A stretch of 64,000 nucleotides of DNA from Tubiluchus corallicola. Taxonomy: Eukaryota > Animalia > Priapulida. Positions 15,110 to 63,244 of this stretch are shown piece by piece. Each line of letters starts with the position of its first letter. The first letter of the stretch is position 1. The notes below the pieces were generated by a model. The model ran no database searches. It was not told where the DNA came from and saw nothing but the letters and a program-made list of their open reading frames with translations. Location: assembly GCA_030141605.1 (NCBI GenBank), contig JAQGDQ010000136.1, positions 248,001 through 312,000 of the forward strand, given 5' to 3'. The translations under genes were made by a program, and so were the position numbers.

Positions 15110-15470
15110 CAGGGTTAGATTATCCTACAGAGTAGTATAGGCTGTACCTAGAGCCCCTGAAACTTGTGGGAGGGCTCAAGCTTTGGTAATATTTGGTAAA
15201 AATATTTTTTTCACAACGGCTGCGTTGAAATATGAGCTATTTTTGTTTGCAATAAATAGCAAAACAGTGGCATTTTTCAAACAATATTTTTATAGCTATA
15301 TTATAACTATTCTAGTTAAATTAAAAATTTGCAAACGTAAATGTCGCTAAAATATATCACGAGTAAAAGATATTCAAGACGCCCGAGGGTGAGTTGGAGC
15401 AAGGCTCCGTCTGAAGGGACCCCATAATTTTATTAACCTATGGGCCTCAAAAGGTAATAATCCAGCACTG
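15110..15470. mobile_element. hAT-superfamily non-autonomous MITE (361 bp)
   Basis: 8-bp target-site duplication CTTATAGA at 15102-15109 and 15471-15478; imperfect TIRs CAGGGTTAGATTAT / CAGTGCTGGATTAT. Confidence 0.75.
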
Positions 15471-16449
15471 CTTATAGAGAGTTTTTTATTAAAAACTGGT
15501 GCAGGTGTTAAGCATAATAGTAAAATTTGTTTGACCATTTCCCGTAAGCCTTATTTCTACAAAAATGTTTCGAACAGTAAATGAAGTAGATTTTGAATAA
15601 GATAGCTCTTTGTATTTTTGAGGTATATTAATTTTATAGATATTCCTGTACTTGAGTAAACAAACTGCAAGAAATGGATTTTAGTTTTATGTTTTCTTCG
15701 TATAATATTTTTGTTGCTCTATATGCTTTTTTTCATGTTCTGAAACAGTATATTTGTTATTTAAAGTTAAAAGTTAAAGTTTATTGTTATATAAAATATA
15801 TAAAAGTAAAACGAAATTATTATCATTATTTACAAACACAATAAAAATGGTATAGTATGTGGAGCAAAAACGTTAAAACATTTCAGGTCTGTAGCTTAGA
15901 TATTTTTATGACATGGAGTCGTTGAAGTTCACTGACTTATTCACCTGTTTGTGTTGCAAAAAGTAGGCATACATATTAATCTTTTGTTATGTAACCAATA
16001 AAAATAATAATTTGAACAAATGAATTAATGAATAAATGATGAACGAAACAAACGAAGTAATAAATGGACAATTGAGCTAATGGACACACAAACAGGCTGA
16101 AAAGGGAGCTGATAAACAGATTAACAAGAAAAAGAAGAGACCATGTTCTAAAAGAGCGAACGAATGACAAGATACATGCATGTGAAGTAGCGTTTACCAT
16201 AAAATCCAAATACATCAACACGTGGATGGCAATATAGGTTTCTTCCGGGGCTATTCGTGTTACTAACTACCATAATTTACTGCTTGACCGCTGAGTGAGG
16301 AGAAATTTGGCCAGTCTGGTAAAGATTTGGACAGATTTACACTACACGTGTCGAAAATTGCGCCCGATGGTGAAGCCAGATAGAAAACAGCTGCGCTTGA
16401 CATCTTTATCTCTTTTCACCTCGTGCTCAAATTTTTCACCAGAGTTTGC

Positions 16450-16670
16450 TCTCACTGTCTTCCCTTGTCTCTGCTTCTCTTTCTCTCTCTCTCTCAATCA
16501 CTCTTACCTTTCTCTTTCCCCTCCCACAATCATTCATCCTTTCTCTTACTCTTTCTGTCCCTCCCCTTTCTCTCTTTCTCTTTCTCCCTCTTTTTCTTTT
16601 TATCTCTGCTTCTCTTTTTGCCTCCTCTCCTCTCTCTGTCTCTGTCTCTCCCCCTCCCCGCTTTTTTTAC
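16450..16670. repeat. CT-rich low-complexity / degenerate (CT)n tract
   Basis: Direct reading. Confidence 0.85.
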
Positions 16671-17148
16671 CTGTCTCGTGTCCAGAAAAAAACAATTCTT
16701 TGGTAAAATCACAATTATTTTAATTAAAAAACAAATGTGAACTACATTCCTCATTAGTCTTTTACCTTCTACGCTTTTCTTGCAACTTATTAAATAGTTA
16801 TGTACGCAGGATCCGCAATTTTTCAAATTGGGAGACCCTGGGCGTTATATCATTTTTACATGCCTGTTTCTTTGTTTATAAACACTGAAAACTGTATAAC
16901 TAACTTTTCTCACAGATTTTTCGAAACATGATGTAACTTAATACTCTGTTGAGAGTGTATCTTTTTAAGTTCTAGTGCCCATGCTGTGTTGAGAACTTGA
17001 GGTCACTGGCTACTGGTAACGGTATACATTATAGTTACCCTTGCTGACTACAATAACATTAGCCTATTTATTACACGTGAAACTGCAACCTTGAACCGAA
17101 TGGTGCTATTGACTGCTTCGTGCTGCTGTGAATTCTTACAGTCCTTAA

Positions 17149-17686
17149 AGGAAGACCTTACGAATTTTTAGACTCAATCTCATTTTAATTTACTGTCCAA
17201 AATATACATTTTCTTGCCTATAAAAGTTAACAATTGTTCTTTATATTTGAATAATTAGCTTAGAAAGTTAATTAACCGAAAGCAGTTATTGCTTATGTCA
17301 GAAACTAACCACAGTTTGTGCAATAGCAGGCGTCTTCCCTTGCACATTAAGCACATTAGTATAACTGTTACAGTGTTGTTCAAACGCGTGGTGTCACGAA
17401 AAATGGGCTATATATCATATGTCGTCAGAAACTAACACTGGAGTTCATGATCATGCTTATCACGGTACCGCCTTCTATTTGTCGGCTACGCGAATGTGAC
17501 AAAAAGGTGCCGCAGCCAATCTTAGTAGATTCACTGAGCCGCGCGTAGCTTTGAAAGTTTAACGAAATTTGATTATCCGAGGTAATTATTTAATCTAATC
17601 TTTGACTTAAAAAACTATTGTAGTTTTCATTATTTTAGAGCATTCTTTATTCTGAATTAATGTTTGCACACTCATCCGGTTTTCCT
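17149..17686 (+). mobile_element. Kolobok-like non-autonomous DNA transposon, copy 1 (538 bp)
   Basis: TTAA on both sides (17145-17148, 17687-17690); AGG...CCT termini; colinear along its length with 57370-57911; left TIR degenerate. Confidence 0.82.
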
Positions 17687-18660
17687 TTAAGAAACAAAAC
17701 ATGAATCTGGCGTGAACAACTTTATATTTTTTAGCCGTTACAGTACCGAGACTCGTAATACAATTGCCTGTTTTTCTCCATTAGTAATTCTAAATACTAA
17801 AAGTAATTACAAATCGAAACAAATTACTCAGGCTAGTTTTCCAGAATTTAACCAAATTACAATAATTACAACTAGAAATCACTATTAGGTCACAATATTG
17901 AATTTTGACGAACCATACCTTCACATTATCGCATAGAAGGTTATATGTTCATTTACATGGTCAAGCTTGTGATTGACAAAAAGTGATATTAATTGCTACT
18001 AAAAGTAGTAAAACGATTAAATTTATTCTGCTAATCTAACTATTTCAATCTTTCTATACTGTCAAAAAGACTGTTCACTCTGGCAAAATCTACCAAAAAT
18101 TTTAAATTTTTTTTCAATATTTTACGCAATCAATTGTTCCTGAAATGTTATCTTTATTGTAAAACACAATTAGAAACATATAAGAAACAGCCGTAAATTG
18201 ATGGACGAATTAACAGGCTCGATGGTGCGCAAAACGGCAAATGTAAATAAAAATAATAATACAAAATCAAGCAAAAGCAAGATTCATAAAAGCCTTTCTG
18301 GCAGTTTTTGCCCTTACGGTAGACTAACATTGCTGTGATTGAAATCTATCTCGTTTTGACGTTTTCGCGCTATTATCCAATCCTTGCCATATTGGCTTCA
18401 TTAAAGCGGTTACGATGTAATCTCAAATTCTTACGATTACTGATAGCGATATCCGCGTGCCTCCTCTCAGCTAGTAAACGAAACCACGTAAACTTCGTGG
18501 TAGTCATCAGTATTTGCCTGCAGGGTAGGTCTGACGTGAACGGCCTTTAGAGTACAAGAAATGTCTAACCTTTAGAGATTTAATAGTGTTCTTCTGTCAT
18601 TGCGAAACACTATGGTTTCAAATGGCCGATTTGATAGCAGTTAAAAAAACTCAGATGTAA

Positions 18661-18950
18661 TTTATTTCATTAAATTTTGCAAAACTTTTACCAGAATATG
18701 AAAGCTTTAAATCATGTGTTTTCGCACACATTTGCGTAATTATTAGTAGTATGAAGTTGCTGATGGCGCCCGTTTAGGTGCCACTTGTGATGACGGTGAT
18801 GCTGTTTATTTCATTAAATTTTGCAAAACTTTTACCAGAATATGAAAGCTTTAAATCATGTGTTTTCGCACACATTTGCGTAATTATTAGTAGTATGAAG
18901 TTGCTGATGGCGCCCGTTTAGGTGCCACTTGTGATGACGGTGATGCTGTT
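18661..18950. repeat. Perfect 144-bp tandem duplication
   Basis: tttatttcattaaattttgc...gatgacggtgatgctg at 18661-18804, repeated at 18805-18948. Confidence 0.93.
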
Positions 18951-19070
18951 GCTGCTGGTGGCAGCTGTGGCGATTTTGACTACTGAGGACTTTGAGCACT
19001 GTATAGGTGGTAAAAGAAAAATCACAAGGTTTGAGACAGAGCGATAGTTGTGATGGAGGCTGTGATGATT

Positions 19071-19138
19071 ATGATGGTGTATGGTGATAGTAATGATGAT
19101 GATGATTATGATGGTGTATGTGATAGTAATGATGATGA

Positions 19139-19195
<57 letters not shown>

Positions 19196-19216
19196 AATGA
19201 TAATGATGACGGTGAT
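19071..19216. repeat. (GAT)n microsatellite with degenerate flanks
   Basis: Direct reading; explains the poly-Met ORF. Confidence 0.95.
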
Positions 19217-19716
19217 GAGGAAGAGGAGGCAGAGAAAAACAACAATAGCGATGACGACGGCGAAACTGAAGAGGCTTATGATACTAACTAATTATGCTGT
19301 CACGCCTATTATAAGGCCGATATGTACCAAGACGGCACGGAAAATGTTTTGGGTTTCACCAACCAAAAATGAAATGTCCCGGTTAAAATTGCTTGTGTGA
19401 ATTTTTAATCTAAATGTTAAACTGTTTAGCGCACAGTATGGCTAATGGGGCTTATGCGCTTACGCTTTTAGCCTAAAACTTAAACAAAGTGACGAAGCGC
19501 CCTATTTGTGTAATCAGGCGTTATCTGTTTAATAAATAGAACGTTCAGGGAAGCCAGAGGCATGATTGCGTGAGGCGTCTATAAAAACAGAAATTTACAG
19601 TACAATATTAATAATTAAAAATGTAGTAATATAAGTACACGTAGCTCCATCTGCAGTCAGATCATAAAACCTAACTTATGAGAATTAAAAACTAATGGTT
19701 ATTATTTGATTTTCAG

Positions 19717-55053
<35,337 letters not shown>

Positions 55054-55318
55054 CAGATTTATGTTAAATCATTTAAATAGTGCTTTGTAAATATCCAATA
55101 TTTAAATCTCTACTGGTACAAAAACGGAATAATGTCGAAAGAGAGATCAAGTGAAATCCTGCAAATATCCAGCCTTGCTTTGCGCTTCTTGCAGTGCTGC
55201 TTTATTACTTGTCTTCAGGTGCCAGCATTTTGTAAACTGACCTCGACAATATGGCCTTCAACTCTTTTCAACTTCAGCTACTGGATATGACATATTCAGA
55301 AATTCAGCTACCCATATT

Positions 55319-55324
55319 AATAAA
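55319..55324 (+). promoter_or_regulatory. Candidate proximal polyadenylation signal AATAAA
   Basis: First AATAAA I see after the stop at 55053 (another at 55760); common by chance in AT-rich DNA. Confidence 0.35.
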
Positions 55325-56934
55325 AGTTTCAGGCAAGTCGGGTGATAGGAATTCTGTGCCAAGACAACTTACAACAGTTCCGGCAGTGAATATTTGCAAT
55401 TCTGCATTAGTATCCACAATTAGAAAAGCCATAATCTGCTGTTATTTCATCTACAAGCAGTTCTATTGCTTACTGCTCAGTAAATACATATTAAATTTTA
55501 CAGAAATGATTAAAAAAGTACTGTTTTATTTCAGCTTTTAAGCCCATAAATCAAGACAAAGAACGGTCGTAAATAATGGTCGTAGGTGGGTGACAAACGA
55601 GCTACAAAAACATGGCACAACTGAGCCTTGTTTGTAGAAATGTTTGTTAATGACCCTCACCTAACTAATGTAACTATAACAGTATAAATTTTAACGAATG
55701 TACATTATATAGGAAAAAATTGTGATAACTTTATATTAATTTAACACATTGCGTGCTGAAATAAAATTAATCAAGATAACAAATCTTCTAACATACATCA
55801 GTAGTTGTTGGTACACTGAGTGTACCTGTAACGGTCTATATTGATTTATTTTAGTAACTTTTATGTTATTTGTTTTCTTTTTTCATTTTTTGTGGAGCGA
55901 TGTTTATTTTATCAAGTGGGGTTAACATGTTTTTCCTAACGTCATAGTTTTGTTTGTTTTAGTCAAAAGACGACCCAAAATATAGCACGCGGCACATTAC
56001 AACACATTGGGGAAAGGTATAGTTACGCCGCTAGTGTGACCAATGGCATGCCGTTCCATTCCAACTAACCATTACCTAGCCTGTATGTTACTGCCAAGTT
56101 TATGTTTGTGACTAAAATGAGAACTAACTCCTCGGAGGTTCCAGACGTGTAATACCTTTGTTTCCAGATAAACTGCTTAAAAGCAAACACATAATATGAA
56201 AAAACAATTTTCATTATACTAGCAAACCATTCTTGGAAAACAAGACAAGTTTTTTTGATATTGTTATCAGTATTTCACATATATTATAATTATAGTCATA
56301 TGTGTAGGCCCCATCAGAAATCTGAGACCGTCTTCAATTCATAGGCCTGCACACTATTCAAAATTTATTTCTTAACATTTACTAAAGCCAGATAAGTTGT
56401 TGAAGTTTGTTAATTATAAAATAATTATTGTTATAGATCAAAATGATTTGCAGTGTTCAAATTTACAAAACACAAGATAGATGAAGCGAGGCATTTCGTG
56501 AGAAGAGAGATGTTTAGAATCATCTAGTGTAGAATAATTTGCATTTTTATACAACATTTGCAGCTTAGTGGGCCTAAGCAGTTGCCCCATAACCTGGCTT
56601 TATAGTATTATTATTGGTAACAGTGAGTTGTGGGTTTGATTAATAGACCTCCGTTTTTCCTTGCAAATCAAGGCTTTCTGAAACCGCGTTATAAGGCCAA
56701 TTACAAAATACTCTGAACTAAGGATACCTACTTACTAACCAGCTGACAACAACAGTTTATAGATTCGATATTGCAAGACAGTGTATAGATAATAGAGAAC
56801 AGAGAATAGAGAATAAGTATCTCTGGCTACCTTGCATGAAACTACACTCTTGTGTAAGGCGCCCTTTCATCAACTGTTACTAACTTTGTAAAAAATTTCA
56901 ACCACGAGTACGTTTTTTTATTGTTGTTTGGTGG

Positions 56935-57058
56935 TTAGGTCATTTTCCTCTGTGAAAATTGTACTGTTTTATTTGTGACTAATAGCCTTGCTGTGTTTTT
57001 TAGCTCATTTTCCGTGAAAACTGTACTGTTTTATTTGTGACTAATAGCCTTGCTGTGT
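56935..57058. repeat. Two-copy ~62-bp tandem duplication
   Basis: gtgaaaa(t/c)tgtactgttttatttgtgactaatagccttgctgtgt occurs twice. Confidence 0.88.
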
Positions 57059-57369
57059 GATACTTGCTGACTATGTAGCCGTGTTAATTTGTCTCAGCAT
57101 AGACCCTACAAGTTTGCATCTTAACTACAGAACTTATTATGAAATACAACAATTGGTGATGTCATCTCGTACGTTTACGAATGATTTAACGAAAATAAAC
57201 ACATATGCGTTGACTATGACACACCACTGACTCTAGTCGCCCAATTTCAATTAAATCGTTAAAACTTGCTCCTCTGTCATGGGTATTTAGTTATGGCTAA
57301 GCGTAGTCTAGCTGGTCAACAGACTTCAATTGTTGTACTTTACCGATTTTTTGTGAAAGTGCTAATTAA

Positions 57370-57911
57370 AGGAAAACCGGACGATTGTTTAGACTCAATC
57401 TCATTTTAATTTACTGTCCAAAATATACATTTTCATGCCTATAAAAGTTAACAATTGTTCCTTATATTTGAATAATTAGCTTAGAAAGTTAATTAATGGC
57501 AACCGAACACAGCTATTGCTTACGTCAGAAACTAACCACAGTTTGTGCAATGGCAGGCGTGTTCCCTTGCGCATCAAGCACATTTGCATAGATTTTACAG
57601 TACTGCTTAAACGCATGATGTCACAGCTTTACATCATGTGACGTCATGAAACTAACACAGCAGTTCATGATCATGGTTATCACGGTACCGCCTTCTATTA
57701 GTTGGCCACGCGGATGTGACAAAAAGGCGCCGCTGCCAATCTTAGTAGATTTACTGAGCCGCGCGTAGCTTTGAAAGTTTAACGAAATTTGAGTATCCGG
57801 CGTAATTATTATTTAATCTAAGCTTTGGTTTAAAATAAGCTGTTGTAGTTTTCAATATTTCAGAACATTCTTTATTCTGAACTCGTGTTTACACAATCAT
57901 CCGGTTTTCCT
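57370..57911 (+). mobile_element. Kolobok-like non-autonomous DNA transposon, copy 2 (542 bp)
   Basis: TTAA TSD (57366-57369, 57912-57915); 25-bp TIRs AGGAAAACCGGACGATTGTTTAGAC / AGGAAAACCGGATGATTGTGTAAAC (22/25); AG..CT termini with TTAA fit Kolobok rather than piggyBac. Confidence 0.85.
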
Positions 57912-58851
57912 TTAAAAATAACTTATTTGGCTGGAACTGATTGACGAAAGTTAGTAGTGTGCCAGTGTAAGCGTCAACAAACTTAATCTAATTTGCATAA
58001 ACAGCAGAATCAAATTTTTTTGTGATTCAGAGTGAATGTGCTTGGATTACATTAAGTAAGCATATATCAGGTAGCTATACTGTAACTATAGGCTTGTAAG
58101 CTATACTAAACTTGATATATAACTAAGAAATTGTAAATAAATTATACTTTTTGTGAGTTACATAGAAAATTACGATTACGTACTCTGCATGTATGTTGTG
58201 TAGAATGGACTAACTTGCACGTTATGGTGATTATTTAAATTAATTTTTGATTGATAATGACTGTACATTGTTGTTCTTTTGCGTTCACTTGCGGAGAAAA
58301 TAACGGTAAATATTAATTTTTTGCATTGGTGGCATTCGAAAATTTGTTAAAATAATGTACAAGCAAAAGCAACTATTAAATTTAATTACCGTTCACGATA
58401 ATTATAAATGCAAAAGTTTACTTTATAAGAGGCAATCTGGGATTTTCTCTGTTTTATTCTAATATGCTAGAATCTCTTGATGGTTGAGATACCTAAAAGG
58501 ATGCAAAAAAATATGAAACATGGTAAGTCCGGATACAGTGTCAAAACAGCTGCCAACTGGATCTGGGCGGTTCAGGAGGCTAATAGCATTTCAAAAAAGT
58601 GCTACCTACAGCTTTTTAATTTTGAATAGTTTGACGAAGCAGCAATTTGTGCATCAAATTTGTCCTTACTTTTGTGACTTGTGTAATTATACTTTTTATT
58701 CATACGTTTTAGGCATCATTTTTATATTTTTTCAAAATCTAAAACTGATAGGGCCTACACAGTACATACTTCAGTATGCATACGCTTGGCACAGTGATAT
58801 GACTTCTAGTTGTTTGGTGTTGTTTATATCAGTGTTTTTCTCCCTTTTCAG

Positions 58852-58857
58852 AAATAA
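58852..58857 (+). CDS. Candidate alternative last exon, coding part AAA TAA (K-stop)
   Basis: Strong acceptor gtgtttttctcccttttcag, in frame with the gtacgt donor at 54916; followed by AT-rich UTR-like sequence with AATAAA at 59325, 59502 and 60760. Confidence 0.4.
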   Translation, partial: K

Positions 58858-60854
58858 ACAGTTCGTTTCTGGACACGCAATTGTAAATAGAAATCTACAG
58901 AGTGACCCGAAAGAAATGTCTTAAGTGTATCGTTGCTGAACACACTCTCAACAGCTTAGACGTGTGAATACTGTGTATTTATTACATAATGCCTAGCATA
59001 AATAACATTTTCGAAACAACCAAGCTTTACTATTGTAATTATTTGTAATTTTGATAGTATAGACATTGTGTTTCCTAATAATTTTGGTAAGGTAGACGAC
59101 TTAATTTTCATGCTCTATCAAACCAAACATTAATTAACCTGAAAATTTTCACAGGAATTTGATAAATGCTATCAAAATTTTTTGAATCTCTTAAAACAGG
59201 TGAAATGTCATAATTTCTTTTTTAAGTAGCCCCACATAAGTTTTATTTTTTGTAAGTTTAAAAAGCACTATTATGGTCTTATTTACTGTTATGACTGAGA
59301 TCTAACTGCAACACAGTACACTGTAATAAATATAGATGTTTAATATCAGAATAGTACAATGTAAAAAGTGAAAATGTACTTATATAATATATATATATAT
59401 ATATTAGTATATTGTGTATGTTTTTGATGCCATTAAAATATTAAATTGCTGCAGTATCAAAAGTAAGTTATTGCATGAGAATATTGACAGACACATTAAA
59501 TAATAAATCTAACTGTTAAATAACATAGCATGTCATTTGTAGATTCTTGTATCGCAACCAAAAGTTGTGCTGATTTCTTGCCTTGGGTAACAGTTATCTT
59601 TATTGAACAATACTAATTGTTGATATGATTTTATCACTGTACTCGACAAAGTTAAATATCCTCTTACCTGTTCAAAAACATACATTATGAATGCCAGATT
59701 TTAAAATGGCATTAATGTTCTTGAGGTTTGTCCAAAGTCAGTTTGCTAGACTATTTTTGATGGATTGACATGACTTGTTAGCTATGTAAAAACTGGCAGC
59801 AGAGCTGAAGATTAAATTTATTATCCGGTGTTGTGAAAATTAGTCTATGAGTATGTGTCTGTGTGCAGCTATAGGCAAGCATTTGCATGTCATTTTCCGT
59901 TTCTTTGTCAGAACGATTTAGCGTGTACAAAACTCTTTTTCATGATACATAACTGATTAAATAAATAATTTACTAAGTTATTTAATTATAACTTCTATAC
60001 TTAAGCAGATTTCGTTTTAAATTAATTGATATGTCTTTAAACCTGTATAATAATGCACCGCCACAGAGCTATACAAATCTCTGTGACAGACCGTTCTCTT
60101 TTTAAATTTTTTCAAACCAGAAAAATCTACTGTTTTTGGAAGACAGCTGATTCTCTCAAATGGTGGTCTTTGGTTTACGTCACTTTTTCTATACAGGAGC
60201 TAATGTCCCAGAATAATCCGATAATTATAACGCTAAAATTTAATTTCATTAAGATATTCTTTACTACCCGTTATTTACTGTATATAGAGCCTCATCTTTT
60301 TAAATTGCTGGCTGCGACGTTTCATAAAAAAGCAAACTTGTAGTGAGTTTCTTGATGTTTAATGTCAGTGCTGCTTATACAATAAGAGATTTATAATAGA
60401 CATGTGTCTACTGTGTAGTAATTTATTTAACGTTAACCATGTGTAAAATTGTACAGATTTAAGTATTGTTTTAGTAGTCAGGTTTTAAATTTCAATAGTT
60501 TGACGTATAGCTTACTTTTCAAGCTGAAGGCTTCTGATTAGGTTTATAAAGCCAGAGCTTCAAATTTAATGTATTTCACTACTAGTTACTGAATGTAATT
60601 AGTGCAGTTAAACGCCAGAGTTGCATCTAGGAAGAATAAACGTATTGAAAACAAGTTCATTTTCTGTAGGATTTAGATGAAGATAAACACAATTCAACTT
60701 GAATGTTAATGTTGAATTTTTATTTTTATTGTAATATTTGGTCGTGCTTAGGATTTTGTAATAAAATGTTTTAGTTTACAGGCTTAAAGTCTTCACCAAG
60801 TTATTTCAGATTGTAATGCTACAATGATTAGCTCGCTTATTTTTTCTCTAAGAA

Positions 60855-61025
60855 TTTCTCTCTCCCCCCTCTCTCTCTCTTTCTCTTCCCTTCTTTCTCT
60901 CTCTCTCACACTCTCTTTCTCTCTCTCCCCTGTTTCTCCTCCCTCCCCCTCTCTCGCCCCCCTCTCTCTTTCTCTTCTGACTCTGTTTCGTATTGCTCCC
61001 TCTTTCTCTTTCTCCGACTCTCTCA
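60855..61025. repeat. CT-rich low-complexity tract
   Basis: Direct reading. Confidence 0.85.
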
Positions 61026-63244
61026 TCTAGAATTTTCCTATCATATCGTATGTGTAAAAAGCAATCACAACTGATACCAACATTCGTTCGTCAAATTTAA
61101 CACTTTATAAACGCTTTCCGTAATACATTAAAGCTATAGGTAGTAATCCACTACAAACGGTTGTGCACCTCGGCTTTATATAATGAGCAAAACGGCGTTC
61201 TTACCCCATAGCTAGCGAAGTCCCTCAAAAGCATTTTCTTAATATATACCAGCAGAATTAATTCTGTTTTTGTGTGCCCCTGTGGCATAATAGTAATGAA
61301 AATAAACAGCAGAAATAAATTATTTAATCATACGTTATTGATAATAAATAATCAACAAAAATTAGTAAAACAAACTCATTTTGAAACTTATATATGTATC
61401 TGAACGTTAAAATTACGCAAACAAAAAAATTCGTTTCACAGATTATAACCAAGTCTTATCCCTGTAAACAAATATAATCTCATAAGCATCACGGTCAACA
61501 ACACTAATGTCGCGGACATTATGTACGTTTAACAGTCTCGGGTTCGAATCCCGCGACTGAGAACTCTAGAACAAATAGCTTGTCTACACATTATTCGTTG
61601 TTTGTCTCCAACTGTACGTTTACCTTTTTCTTTAGCTCTATTCTCAAAATGTATTTTTATTTTTGAAATAACGAAACGTCTTTAAAAATTAGAATAAAAT
61701 GTCACAGACAGCAACAGCATTAAAGAAAATTTTCGAAATCTTTTTATTCCATTAATGTCTATTTTTGTGCTGTTTCTAGGCTTATTATTGACTAACGATT
61801 GTGTAGCTTTTCTGCTTTTTAAATTACTACTTATTTTCTAATTTTATTGTAATTTTAAAACTGTCAGTGTTTATCTTGTAGAGCATCATTGATATCATTA
61901 TTATTTGAAATGCGTGTCTGTTAAAATAAGAATTAATATTATTATGTTATTCTAAAATAATGAAAAAGTATTTTGAAAAACTATATTGGCAAAAAAAATA
62001 CGCGTCGAGGGTTTCTGGCTTAAAAAATTTCTTAATGTTTGCACATGTTGACCATGAGGTTTTAAAAAAATTACTAGTTTTCGGCAATAATCGCCACAGA
62101 ACCGTAATTCAACGTGAACAGGCTGACAGCCGTTAATACACCACAAACAGTTGGTTTGCGCGAACGTCGGGTTTTAGCACACCACAGGTACTTGCTTGCA
62201 AGCATCTTACAAATACTGCCAGGGGTTCTGCGAAGCACGATAATAATAATAATAATAATAAATTTTGGCGAGCCCCTTTCGGCCGAAAGGCGGTCTCAAA
62301 ATAATGTAAAAAGATAATAGGTGCGTAATTTATTTTACTGACGATTTAGAGATTATCTTTATTGTTGCACGTCTGTGTCTTACGCACTCCACTCCCGACT
62401 TTGTAGCTACTGAAACCTACAAGTGAGCAAAGATTTTATATTCACGCTTTGTACGACTTTTTGACACAATCTTCAGTCTAACAAACACATTTGGTCCTTT
62501 ACTGTTCTTATCAATTTCATAATATTAAGGTCCAATATGCCCACCTGGTCTAAGATATTCCCAAGGTATGTTTGTCAGCTAGCTGATTAGTGAAATTTTT
62601 CAGAAAAAAGCAAAGTTAAACATGACGATGAGAGAAACAGTTATATTTCAATTTTCTTACGATTAAATTCTTTATTGATTAAACTATGTCTTTTAGACGC
62701 AGTTTTAAACTACAAACGCAGACCTCCTTGTAGGCTTTGATCGCCTTGTGATCTATTAATCGTCTTCCTAGGTAGCGCCACGCTACTTGTAAAATCTGAA
62801 CGCGGGGGCCTGGAGTAGATAGTACGCATATGCGAGTTACTCTATGAAACTACTGTCAAGGCTCATTTTTTCAATAATGAAATATTGTTGACTCTTTGAT
62901 TTTTGAACATAAAAGATGACAAGAGTTAGGAAAAGATATTAGAAAAATGTCAAAACATATGTCGAGGCCTATCCACTTCTTTCTGTCTAGCAGGCATATC
63001 ATTTTCTTGACACACAAGAAAAGCTCATTAACATGAGAATACATAAAATGCACCAGCATGAAACCTATATTTCATAAATAGCGTATTTAATAACAGTACA
63101 GACCTACTTATGGCCGCTCAATTATTTAACTTCTTTTGATAGCATTCTTGCCGTGTTATTTATGCTGTGATTGTCTTACTTGTAACACACAAACGCCAGA
63201 AAACGGCAAAAACTGAAACTTGATCGCAACTGTTAAAATTAAGA

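Noticed and set aside
18471-18524. Possible phase 1-1 exon SKRNHVNFVVVISICLQG that could join the first collagen exon in frame
   Set aside because: Splice sites are plausible, but it lacks the expected CxCPP motif and any family resemblance; cannot be supported without RNA data
61505-61560. GGTTCGAATCCC B-box suggesting a tRNA gene (similar weak boxes near 1258, 2795, 8505 and 27815)
   Set aside because: No cloverleaf or properly spaced A-box visible; at most decayed SINE heads
62537-62570. ATG CCC ACC TGG ... AG|gtatgt as a possible first exon of a downstream gene
   Set aside because: Only nine codons, and no partner exon in the window
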